NCBI RefSeq assembly: GCF_009914755.1
Contig: NC_060926.1
DNA: 64,000 nucleotides
From: the human T2T-CHM13v2.0 reference genome, Homo sapiens
Reading direction: 5' to 3' (one strand)
Below are positions 33,880 through 45,755 of the stretch, one piece after another (position 1 is the stretch's first letter; the number at the start of each line of letters is the position of its first letter). Under the pieces are notes generated by a model, which had not been told where the DNA came from, made no database searches, and saw only the letters and a list, made by a program, of their open reading frames with translations. The translations under genes and the position numbers were made by a program.

Positions 33880-33927
33880 TTATTATACTTTAAGTTTTAG
33901 GGTACATGTGCACAACGTGGACACAGG
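33880..33927 (-). mobile_element. Micro L1PA (PA3-5) insertion with 5' inversion
   Basis: Minus-strand L1 terminus CACGTTGTGCACATGTACCCTAAAACTTAAAGTATAATAA plus an inverted TGGACACAGGAAG; TSD AAGAATTTTTT at 33869-33879 and 33928-33938. Confidence 0.88.
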
Positions 33928-34124
33928 AAGAATTTTTTATCTTTGCCTTCTTACAGCATATTCTTGTGTTTGCTTGTAAGTGTTTTTGTTATAACCCATG
34001 CACATTAATGCTGCCTCCAATGCCATTTTTTCACTTCCAGGAAAGCAACTTAATTCATTGATAGCTATTGTTGCTAACCCTTGTGTTCTAAAAATGCATA
34101 GGTCTGATAGGAGTTTAACTTTGC

Positions 34125-34660
34125 ACAATTGTTTGGAAAAACTGTCTGTCAGTATCTAGTAAAGCAAACCTATGGCTTAATAATTACACTTTTAGGTATA
34201 CGCTAAGCAGAAATGCACACATATATTCACCAAAAAACATGTTTGTGGCAGCTTTATTCATAATACTTTAAACTGAAAATTACCCAAATGCCAATCAACA
34301 GTAGAATGGATAAATAAATTGTGGCAGTTTCATATAAGAGAAACCTACACATCACTGAGAATAAAGAAACTACATATCCATCAGCAGCATGGATGAAGTT
34401 CACAAAGATAATGTTGGACACAAGAAGGCAGACACAAAAGACAGTGTACTGTAGGATTACTTACATAAAATAATTTGAGATAAAGGCAACATTTCCCAGG
34501 CCCTAGGAAGTTCCTCTTGGTGAGTAAGGGCATAGTGATAGAAGAGAGGCACAAGAAGGTTTCTGGGTTGCTGGTAATATTCTGTTTCTTGATTTGGGTG
34601 CTGGTTTCAACTGTGCAAATTCACTGAGCACTTTCCTGTATGTATATTATATTTGAATAC
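34125..34660 (+). mobile_element. L1ME3-like 3' end
   Basis: CCCAAATGCCAATCAACAGTAGAATGGATAAATAAATTGTGG..GCTGGTAATATTCTGTTTCTTGATTTGGGTGCTGGTT. Confidence 0.8.
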
Positions 34661-35805
34661 AGTTTTGTTTTTTTTTTTTAAATCTTCCAGTCTGTCTGGA
34701 CACTGTATGTTCTGGAATCACTCAGCACTCACTGGCAGGCCACTGGCAATTCCTTTGCTCCTCTTCCATCATGCTGGCATCTCAGCCACTGATCTGACTC
34801 TTGCCATGCCTACCTTTTCTTAAGACTCCAAACAGGAGGAAATGGCTGGTTGTCTCTCTCTGATTGTCCCAGTAGATTATTTTGAATTCACTTCTTGACT
34901 TCTATTAGCATCAATTCCAGGATTGTTTAGTTTGTGCTTCATTCTTTTCTCCATTTGCTAATTTTTTACAGTAATTTATCTTCTTCAGTTGCTCCTCTTT
35001 CTTTCATATCCTTGACTGTTGTGAGATGCCTCTCATCTTTTGCTTTACTTGCATTTTTCTTTTCTTTGGATTGTTACCTTTCCATTTGCCATCATTTCTC
35101 TGGTGACCAAGAGTGTTCTATGTATCTGCTGTGTGAATGGCACCATGAGGTGTCAGAGGTGGTCCAACTAGCAGCTGAAGACGTTCGGCTTAAGGAGTGT
35201 GTCATCTCCTCATCTAGCAGGGTACATGAACTACTATTTCTGCATTTCTGTGCTTGGATTCCTCTTTATCACATCTGGAGCTATTAAGTATGGTGTAACT
35301 GACATTAAAATGCTGGATTTTTTATCTTTGCCTTCTTAAGCACGTTAAAATGCTGCTTAGAACTGTATTTGTAGCCAGCATATGGCAGCCCAATGTGCAG
35401 AGCCTCCTTCTCCTGGGAAAGGCATCCAGGCAGATAGATACTTCTATCATCCTGCTTAGTCTTGTTCATCATTATTATCCCTTGAGCACATCCTAATCTG
35501 TCTTTCTTATACAATTAATTTAAAACATGGCAATGTTTTGTTATTAGTTTTGTCAACTAATTTTGTTATTATATTTCAAGAAACAACTATATTTACCAAA
35601 ATATAGTATGTAAAAATCTTTCCTCATAATGACAGTAAGGGATTATAACCCATTGAATAACATAAGAATGTATGGACCCGCAGAGTTAACACATGTACCT
35701 ATACATAAGTACATGAAAGGAGAGAGAGAAAGTTCTTCCCCATGGGAGGACACCACATAATAAATATAAAAAGAATAATGGAGGTAGAAAAAAAATCAGT
35801 GTTTC

Positions 35806-37461
35806 TAAAGAAATAGAAAAACATTTCACGCTCACGGAGAGGAATCAATATCATTAAAATGGCCATACTGCCCAAAGCAGTTTGTAGATTTAATGCTATT
35901 CCTATCAAAACTACCAATGACATTCTTCACAGAACTAGGAAAACTATTTTAAAATTCATATGGAACCAAAAACAGCCTAAATAGCCAAGGCAATCTTAAG
36001 CAAAAAGAACAAACCTGGAGGCCTTGAAATACCTGACTTCAAACTATGCTACAGGCCTACAGTAACCAGAACAGTATGGTGCTGATACAAAAACAGACAC
36101 ATAGACTACTGGAACAGGATAGAGAGCCCAGAAATAAGACTGCATACCTCCAACTATCTGATCTTCAACAAAGCTGACAAATACAAGCAATGGAGAAAGG
36201 ACTCCCTATTCAACAAATGATCCTGGTTAGTAAAACTGGCTAGCCATATGCAGAAGACTGAAACTGGATGCCCCTTCCTTACACCATATACAAAAATCAA
36301 CACAAGATGGATTAAAGACTTAAATGTAAAACCCAGAACTATAAAAACCCTAGAAGACAACCTATGCAATACCATCCTGGACATAGGAACTGGCAAAGAT
36401 TTCATGTTGAAGACACCAAAAGCAATTGCAACAAAAGCAAAAATTGACACATGGGATCTAGTTAAACTAAAGAGCTTCTACACGACAAAAGAAACTATCA
36501 ACAGAATAAACAGACAACCTTCGGAACAAAAAAAAAGTTTGCAAACTATGCATCTGACAAAGGTCTAATATCCAGCGTCTATAAAGAACTTAAACAAATT
36601 TACAAGAAAAAAATCACCTCATAAAAAGTGGGCAAAGGACATGAACAGACACTTTTCAACAGAAGACATACATGCAGTCAACAAGCACGTGAAAAAAATC
36701 TCAACATCACTGATTATTAGATAAATGTAAATTAAAACTACAGTGAGATACCATCTCACACCAGTCAGAATGGCTGTTATTAAAAAGTCAAAAGATAACA
36801 GATGCTGGTGAGGTTACAGAGAAAAGGGAATGCTTATACACTGTTGGTGGGAGAGTAAATTAGTTCAACCATTGTGGAAAGCAGTGTGGTGATTCCCCAA
36901 AGAACTAAAAACAAAACTACCATTTGACCCAGCAATCCCATTACTGGGTATATACCCAGAGGAATATAAATTATTCTACCATAAAGACACATGCAAGCAA
37001 ATGTTCACTGAAGCACTATTCACATTAGTGAAGACATGGAATCAGTCTAAATGCCCTTCAGTGGTAGACTGGATAAGACAAAAATGTGGTAAATATAAAC
37101 CATGGAATACCATACAGCTATAAAAAAGAATGAGATCCTGTCCTTTACAGGAACATGGATGGAGCTGGAGGCCATTATCCTTAGGACACTAACACAGGAA
37201 CAGAAAACCAAATACTGCATGTTCTCACTTATAAGTGGGAGTTAAATGATAAGAATCCATAGATACATAGAGAGGAACAACAGACACTGGGGCCTACCTG
37301 AGGGTGGAGGAAAAGGATCAGAAAAAATAACTAATGGGTACTAGCCTGAATACCTAAGTGATAAAATAATCTGTACAACAAACATCCATGACAGTTGTTT
37401 ACTATATAACAAACCTGCACATGTACCATGAACTTAAAATAAAAACCAGAGAACAAAAAAG
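35806..37461 (+). mobile_element. 5'-truncated L1PA13-16 (ORF2 C-terminus + 3'UTR)
   Basis: [19 protein letters not shown]; 3'UTR GGATCAGAAAAAATAACTAATGGGTACTAG; TSD AAAAATCAGTGTTTC (35791-35805) / AAAAACCAATGTTTC (37462-37476). Confidence 0.9.
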
Positions 37462-37824
37462 AAAAACCAATGTTTCATCACATTATATTATGAGTGTATG
37501 TTTCACACACTCATCAATGGTGCCAAAACTAGTAGTTGAAAATTTGATGGGGAACAGAGGGTTTGCATACTCTCAAAGTATCTCCCTGCAGAATATCTAT
37601 TCATGAGAGAAAAAAGTAACTTTATTGCAGAAAAAACTGGCAGATTCCAATTTACCTAACCCATGATCAATCATGGAAAAAACTCAGCCCACTTGCCTTG
37701 CAATGTGATGTATTGGGGACTAAACACCACTTATATTCCTGCCAAAAATCTACAAACTGAGTCTAATCATGAGAAGGATCAGATGAATCCAATTGACAGA
37801 AAATGTTCTCAAAAAATTAGTATT

Positions 37825-37943
37825 GGCTGGGTGCAGTGGCTTATGCCTATAATCCCAGCAGTTTGGGAGCCTGAGATGGGAAAATCACTTGGGCCCAGGA
37901 GTTAGAGACCAACCTAGGCAACATAGAGAAGCCACTTCTCTAC

Positions 37944-37988
<45 letters not shown>

Positions 37989-38148
37989 AGCCGGGCATGA
38001 TGGCCCATTCTTGTTGTCTCAGCTACTTGGGAGGCTGAGGTGAGAGGACTGCCTGGGCCCAGGAGGTCAAGGCTACATTGAGCCATGATCACACCACTGC
38101 ACTCCAGCCTGGGTGACAGAGCGAGACCCCATGCCCCCCTTTGAAAAA
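37825..38148 (+). mobile_element. AluJ (Jo/Jr-like) with expanded central A-tract
   Basis: CACTTGGGCCCAGGAG, GGCAACATAG, GGAGGTCAAGGCT..AGCCATGATC are AluJ diagnostics; A42 at 37945-37986. Confidence 0.92.
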
Positions 38149-38475
38149 AGTATCATAAGAGAGAAAGAAAGACAGGAACTTTTCCAGATAAAAGGAGACA
38201 AAAGAGACTGAATAATCGAGTATGATGTGTTGTCTTTGATTGGATCTGAAATTCAAGAAAAGAAAAATAGCTATAAAGGGCACTATTGAGATAATCTGCA
38301 AAATTTGAATATGGATGGGATATTAAATAATGGCATTTTTATCAATGTCAAATTTCGTGTATTTGATAATTATACTGTGATTACATTATAATATGTACTT
38401 GATTTAGGAAATATTTGTTGAAATACTCTTAAAAATTCTCATAATACATAGAACTTACTCTAAAATACTTCAGGA

Positions 38476-38530
38476 AGATAGATAGATTGATATAGATAGA
38501 CAGATGATAGATGGATAGTTGATAGATAGA
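38476..38530. repeat. (GATA)n imperfect
   Basis: Directly visible. Confidence 0.75.
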
Positions 38531-38964
38531 GGAATAGACAAATACTAAAATAGTAATAACTGGTGAATTCGGGTGAAGGCATACAACATTCTTGGGAACA
38601 CCCTTTCAACACTTCTTAAGGTTGATATTCCAAAATAAAAAGTTAAAAATAAGAGTGGCACATAGCCTTTGAAATTTTTTTTATAAGATGGGGCAGGTAT
38701 AAGTTTAAGAAAAGCAATACTCTTTCCAACATATTGGAAATTACCTGATTCCCAAAGACTCCTGTTCCTGATATCTGAACTTCAGGCAGCACATTGCTCT
38801 GTCACCTCTACTGAGGTTATCATCAATGAATGTCCCACGATAAGATTCTGAAGTGGGTACTTTCTGATTACCTTCTCTCATACTGACCCTCATTACATGT
38901 TGTTTTTTCAAAATTCAGTGAGGTGGTCTTTGGCCTTTGCTGGCCTTTGGCCTTACTGAATTAT

Positions 38965-39260
38965 ATATATGTATAATATATATTATATATTTGTATATGA
39001 TATATGTATAATATATATTATATATTTGTATATGATATATGTATAATATATATTATATATTTGTATATGATATATGTATAATATATATTATATATTTGTA
39101 TATGATATATGTATAATATATATTATATATTTGTATATGATATATGTATAATATATATTATATATTTGTATATGATATATGTATAATATATATTATATAT
39201 TTGTATATGATATATGTATAATATATATTATGTATTTGTATAAGATATATGTATATATAT
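38965..39260. repeat. 35-bp AT-rich VNTR, about 8.4 copies
   Basis: Unit ATATATGTATAATATATATTATATATTTGTATATG; GTATAAT recurs at 38971, 39006, 39041 and so on to 39216. Confidence 0.95.
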
Positions 39261-39419
39261 TTCCTTCAACTGGTTTCCTAAGTATAATTATTCTTAACAG
39301 CTAGACAGCATTGAATAAATACTTGCTTTCTTTCATATCAAAGCAAGTTGGGATCAGCAATTTATGAAATTTGGATGCATTTTCTAATTTTTATTCTTAA
39401 AGCAGTCTTAGGAAAAGGG

Positions 39420-39870
39420 TGTAGTGGTTTGTTTGGAGTGGGGCTAAGGGCTTGGCCATCTGAACTTATCTTTCAGAAATCATCCTTGTGTGGCTCTTGT
39501 TGGAAGGCTGGCCTAGGCCTCCCTTTGAGATAGCTGTGAAGAGCTGGTAAGAGTTCTTCTTCTAGAACTTACATGCCTGAAGCATGTGGTCTAAATTTGA
39601 CCCATCTGATGCTTCTGCCAGGAATTTGGCTTCAGGACCAACCATCCCAAAGAAGCAGGATGGGTGGAACGTTATTTTGGTGGCAGCATTTCATGTCCAG
39701 TGTGCGGGAGCAGTGGTGACCCTGACAATCCTCCAACCATGCAATATCTTGGTTTGATGTGTGTTCTCAGACCCCATCTTTCTTGCTTTCTTTCTGTTTC
39801 CAAATATGGGTCTCCAGACTCTCAGCTGATTCTGTGAGCTTCCTTCCCTTCAGCAAAGCGATTTCTGACC
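39420..39870 (+). mobile_element. ERVL LTR relic (LTR33-like)
   Basis: AGCATGTGGTCTAAA..ATCTGATGC..CAAAGAAGCAGGA..TGGTGGCAGC..GATTCTGTGAGCT. Confidence 0.45.
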
Positions 39871-41989
39871 TTTGTTTCTGAATTTGCTATGTGCTGTTTG
39901 TTTGACAGGTCTAGTTTATATTTTAACAAGGAATCGGAGGTTCCCAGGTATAATAAACTACCCAAATTTGCACAACAGGTGCATGTCTAAGAAGAATTTT
40001 ACTTCCAGTTCATTGGCTTCAAAACCGGTTTTTATTTTGTATTACTAAATCATTTTCAAAACATGTTTTCATATTATTAATACTGTGGAATTTGCGAGCC
40101 ACTCATCAATAATGAAGTTACCAACTAACAGAGATAGGAGAGCCATGTCAGTGTTCTCCAGCCAAAATCCAACTGCCACATTCTTTGTTACCTCTCAGCA
40201 AACAGAACGGACTGCTTTTTGGACATACGTCATTGTGATTTCTTTGTACTGGTAAAAAAAAAAAAATTCATTCTCTATGCTTTCCCTCCAGGTGACCTTG
40301 GAGCATGTTGTGTGTTATTCTGTAGCTGCAAATCTTTCTGCAAAGATGATAAAGATGTTTCATAATGGAGATTTTCTATTTAGCAGGGCTACCTCGATAT
40401 TTTGACCCTGATCTTTGTAAGAATAGGTAATTTTTTTAATGCAGTAAAATAAGTCATTGGTATCAGTTAAAAAAAAAGTGCTTTAGAATATGTTTGATCA
40501 AGGAGCTGTGCTTGTGTGCTCTTCTTTCTGTGTGAGAGCTTGTGTAGATGCTTCTGGCCCAAACATGTTTGACATTCTGATAATCTACAGGATTGGAAAT
40601 GCTGCTTCTGAAAGAAATACATTGTAGAACGATGAAGAATGCCCTATTCAGGTCTTAAGTGGCACCATCTGTGTGTCTCTTAAAATATGGGTGCCCTGAA
40701 AAGCTTTGTCCCCTGAGAAAAATGTGGCTTCCCACAGGCCCCTAAGTACAATGATGTGTGAGGTGTTTTTCCTCATGCCCTTGGCTGGGGCTCTTTGAGA
40801 GGCTGACTTGAGAAGAGGCAAGCTCCACTTAGTTGTGCAAACCCTGGGAATAAAGATACACTGCCTGATGAAGAAGGCAAAATCCCAGCTGTCAAAGCAG
40901 AAGTTCCAAAGTGGACAGAGCCCTTCTTCATTTGCATGTAAATAGGTTGAAATAAACATCAAAAGGCAGGAAGAGTGCCTACATGGTCACTGACGAGAAT
41001 TTTAATTTTTGGTTTTATCTAGCTTGTCTTCTTGATTCCTTTCAGATGCGATGAGGGTCACAGGAGACTAGATGAAAAGACTGAATGTTATTCTAGAAAC
41101 TGCCCCAAATTTTCCGCGGATGCTTCTACTACTGCACCACTCAAAATATTTTTCATTTGCAATTTAAGATTTTCAAAAATAAATATATATTTAAACCAAT
41201 CATATATCACAGCCAAATCTCTCAAAGGAATATATTTAAACTTTGTTATTTCAAAATAACATATATGTAGATATTAATAAAATTTAATTCTAGTAAATGC
41301 TCTTTTTTCTACTTCTGCTTTAGGAAACCAATTTCTTATTGAAATAGTGTAGCAGCCCCTAAAACCTAAAGATAGACAGATATATATGATACTTATTGCA
41401 CCAATTTCAAATTATTAATTTGAAAATTTGTAGTTATTCCCAGAACATACTTAATACCACCAACTTTCCTGAATGTAAGTTCAGAAAATAGAATCTAACC
41501 ATGCTGAATAAAGAAAGCAAGTCACTCTCCACTTCTGACAATAAAATCATCGGTAGAATTTAATTTACAAAATTATAAATCTTGATTTTGATAATAAGAT
41601 GTAATACAATTTCTCCTTTTGTCTGATTTTGGATTGTAGAATACTTAGAATGATTCTTCCTTGATTAATCCAAAGAGCTCCAGGTCTCAGTTTGCACACT
41701 AGGAAGGAATCCCTCAGTGAGGTCTGCTCACATGGCACTGGACTGCCCTCCCAATTAGAGCACCACACTTCCCCAGGCACATGGTGTCTGCATTGTTCAT
41801 GTCTTTTGAAGCATTGCACAGTGTTTAGTGTGGTACTTAGCATGCAGCAGGCACGCCATGTTGCCAGTGGCCAGCATTTACACACTTCCCACACTGATGG
41901 ACAAAATCTTGCTGAGTCTGGATATTTGTATCAGTCAACCCTGAATTATCTTTGCTTAAATATCTATCAGCAGATTTTCTGGATTATCT

Positions 41990-42105
41990 TTATCAGCTTT
42001 GCCATATGGGGAAAAGCACTAAGACTTCAGTTTTCTTGTTTATAAAATGAGGGAGGCATACAAAATGATGTCTGAGCACTCTCCTACATTGAAGGGCTGG
42101 GATCC
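41990..42105 (+). mobile_element. MIR3-like fragment
   Basis: CTTCAGTTTTCTTGTTTATAAAATGAGGG..AAATGATGTCTGAG. Confidence 0.5.
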
Positions 42106-42119
42106 TCTTATATCTAATG

Positions 42120-42910
42120 ACCTACCAAATATCTATCTCTACTGGGTGTCTCACTGGCATGTTTAATTCAGCAAAATCCAAACTAAACTCCCTTTCACTC
42201 CAACACCTCAGTCTTGTCCTTGTTTCCTTTGATGGAATTGAAAGCCTTTTTCCTCTTTGAATCCCCCTTCTCCTATGTGTTGATATCCAATCCATTGCAT
42301 GGCTCTCCATCTTCTTTTGGCTGTACTTTCTTTCCAGTTACACACTCCCCATTAACACCGAGACTGCCTGGCTCAAGACATTATGACTGCCTTCAATAAC
42401 TATTAATTTTTCTGTCTATAGTTTTTCTACCTAGTTAAGTAGATACATATTTGCAACCACTATCCTTTGTAATAATATCCCAAACTACCTTGCTAAGTAT
42501 TTGCCTCCTCTTTCCAATGTTTTCTATAGTCCAAATAACACTCCATGCTGTTCCATAACAGATTCCAAGTTTCCTTAGTCCAGCCATTTATTTAATACTT
42601 CAGTTGAAGGTTTCTGTCCTCTCTTCCTCTCAAATTCTGCCTGTCCTAGAACTTTATTGCAATTGCCATGACATCTTTTTTCATAAAAAAATTCCTGATC
42701 CTTTAAGATATGATCACACTATCCTTTGAATTGCACAGTATTTTATGTATATCATGTACATCTTCGTATGGAAATTTTTGCACTTATCTAATAAATTTTT
42801 AAATACCACGAGTCCTGTTGTGTCTTATTCATCTTTTTATGCTTTTAGGACTCTTTCTTAGTATCTTGTACATAGAAATTTGCAAAGAATTTGTTGAAGG
42901 AAACTGAATT
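42120..42910 (+). mobile_element. L2 (diverged)
   Basis: CTACTGGGTGTCTCACTGGCAT..CAAAATCCAAACTAAACTC..TGTGTCTTATTCATCTTT..GAATTTGTTGAAGG. Confidence 0.6.
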
Positions 42911-42934
42911 TAAGTTTAAAAGATTATCTAAATA

Positions 42935-43290
42935 ATCATTTCATTGCAAGTTATAGAAACACACATAAAAGAGCTCAAGAAAAGGAATAATTTTCTGGAT
43001 AGAAATATATCACAGACCTTAAGGGCAGACAGATTTCCCTGCTTCCAACAGTGTATGTGTTTCATTACTTTTTTCTCTCTCTTTCCAGAACTGTTGGCAT
43101 CTCTAAGCCCAGGATAACATAACCTGAGGGATGCCCTCCTTGTTCAAACCTCCAGCAGAGATAAACTAGAGTCTGAGTTCACACCAAATTGTCAGAAGAA
43201 AATTTGATTAACTCCTCAGTTCAGGTGTCTACTGCTCGCTCAATAAACTTTGAACAAGGGAGATACTCTTGTCCAGCCAGCTGCCCTCTC
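42935..43290 (-). mobile_element. Old MLT1 (K/L-like) LTR relic
   Basis: TTCATTGCAAGTTATAGAAAC..AATTTGATT..TCAGGTGTCTACT, antisense MLT1 pattern. Confidence 0.4.
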
Positions 43291-43649
43291 ATTAAGAACG
43301 TTTGAATCAAAGTCTCTGAAAAGAGAACAGAAAAAAAGTGGCTTAATGTGTTATCAGAGAAAGGGACACGATTGGCACACAACCTAAGAAGAACCACTCC
43401 AGAACACTGGCAGAATCTAACTTTGACCATGTAGATATACAGGTATATCTACCTGTATTAGATATATCTGTATGTATTAATACATACATGTATTAGAATT
43501 ATTCTAAACTTCATGTAGACCCACAAAAAGACAATAGTATCTGAATCCCAATATGACTTCTGGAGCCTTCTGTCTTATTCTGCATAGCACATTGTATCAT
43601 TGTCCTCAGTTATTTGCACTAAGTCTTATGAGAGAGACATGTCTCAAAA

Positions 43650-44678
<1,029 letters not shown>

Positions 44679-45070
44679 TGGGTAAGTCGTGTAAAGAACA
44701 TGACACTTCCTAATTATTTGCTGCCACTTTATGTATGAAGATAATTTCTCCTCATCCTTGCCTATTAGGCCTGGCCATGTGACTTGTTATGGTCAATGAA
44801 ATGAAGTGGGATTAACACAAGTCACTGCTGCCCGGAAGACTTAAACAGCATCTCATGGATCTGTCATTGATTTTATTTATTTTCCTGGCATAATACTGTA
44901 CGTCCCAGATAGGAGCTCCTTCTTCAATTTGGCTCCCAGGATGAAGACAGTGTTGTGTGTAACCATTGCCAAATCTGTGCCGAACAAGTAATATCAGTAA
45001 GAAATAAACAACATTAGTTACTGTAAGATACTGATATTTGGAAATCGCATCATAAAAGTTGATGGATGCA
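44679..45070 (+). mobile_element. MLT1I-like MaLR LTR
   Basis: TGGCCATGTGACTTGTTATGGTCAATGAAATG..GTCACT..GAAATAAAC..TAAGATACTGATATTTGG. Confidence 0.7.
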
Positions 45071-45549
45071 ACCTGGTGGATGAAGTAATTTTTAAAATGG
45101 TTTACAAATGTGCTATCTCTTCTAGATTTGCCCCCTTAAAGAGTGCTAAAGCTCTCAAAATCCTAGGAAAGGACATAACAAAGTCATATAGTGGTTTTCA
45201 ATTTATTTTATTCCTTCCACTTTCCTTAATTGTTCCTTTCTTTATTCTCCCCTGTCTCCCTCCTTTCCTCCCTATTTAAAGCATTGATCCTATTTAAAAA
45301 AAAAAACTCAGTAAGAAGGGCAATATTAAATATCTAACAGTTGAGCTGTTCTGAAAATAGAGGAGGGGAGTGAGGGAAAGTAAGAACTAAACACTTTCTC
45401 CTTTGCTTCCTCACAGACCCTCTTCACACTTGATATGCTTGAGGTAAGGCTTTTTGGGTTCCTTCAGGTTAGAGCATCAAAGAGGTTTAAGGCCCAAGAT
45501 AGGAATGTGCACAGAGCCTCACAACTTTTTTGTGAGCCAGGCAGGAGGC

Positions 45550-45755
45550 CATAAAGTGCAGTTGGCTTCAGAATAAGACAGATATGGGTTTGAATCTCTG
45601 CTCTGTTACCTATTAAAAATGACCCTGGGCTGCCTCTTCAGCATCTCCAAACCTCTATTTTCTCATCTCTAAAATGGGAACATTGAAACCTGCTTCATAA
45701 AAATATTGCGAGGAATCGATGAAGCAGTAAGTTTGCATGCAAAGTATTATTATTT
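45550..45755 (+). mobile_element. MIR
   Basis: AGACAGATATGGGTTTGAATCTCTGCTCTG..TTTTCTCATCTCTAAAATGGGAA. Confidence 0.8.

Larger units (their letters stand above)
35600..38650 (+). mobile_element. L1MC4-like 3'UTR, split by an L1PA13-16 (35806-37461) and an AluJ (37825-38148)
   Basis: CCATTGAATAACATAAGAAT.. resumes at CATCAATGGTGCCAAAACTAGT..CTCAAAGTATCTCCC and, after the Alu, at CAAAATTTGAATATGGA..AAAATAAAAAGTT. Confidence 0.7.

Noticed and set aside
35320-35460. L3/CR1 fragment on the minus strand
   Set aside because: Only a faint resemblance (CTCTGCAC..CAGTTCT..CATTTTAA), too weak to call by eye.
38965-39260. CRISPR-like array (35-bp periodicity)
   Set aside because: Head-to-tail units with no unique spacers, no cas genes, and a primate context.
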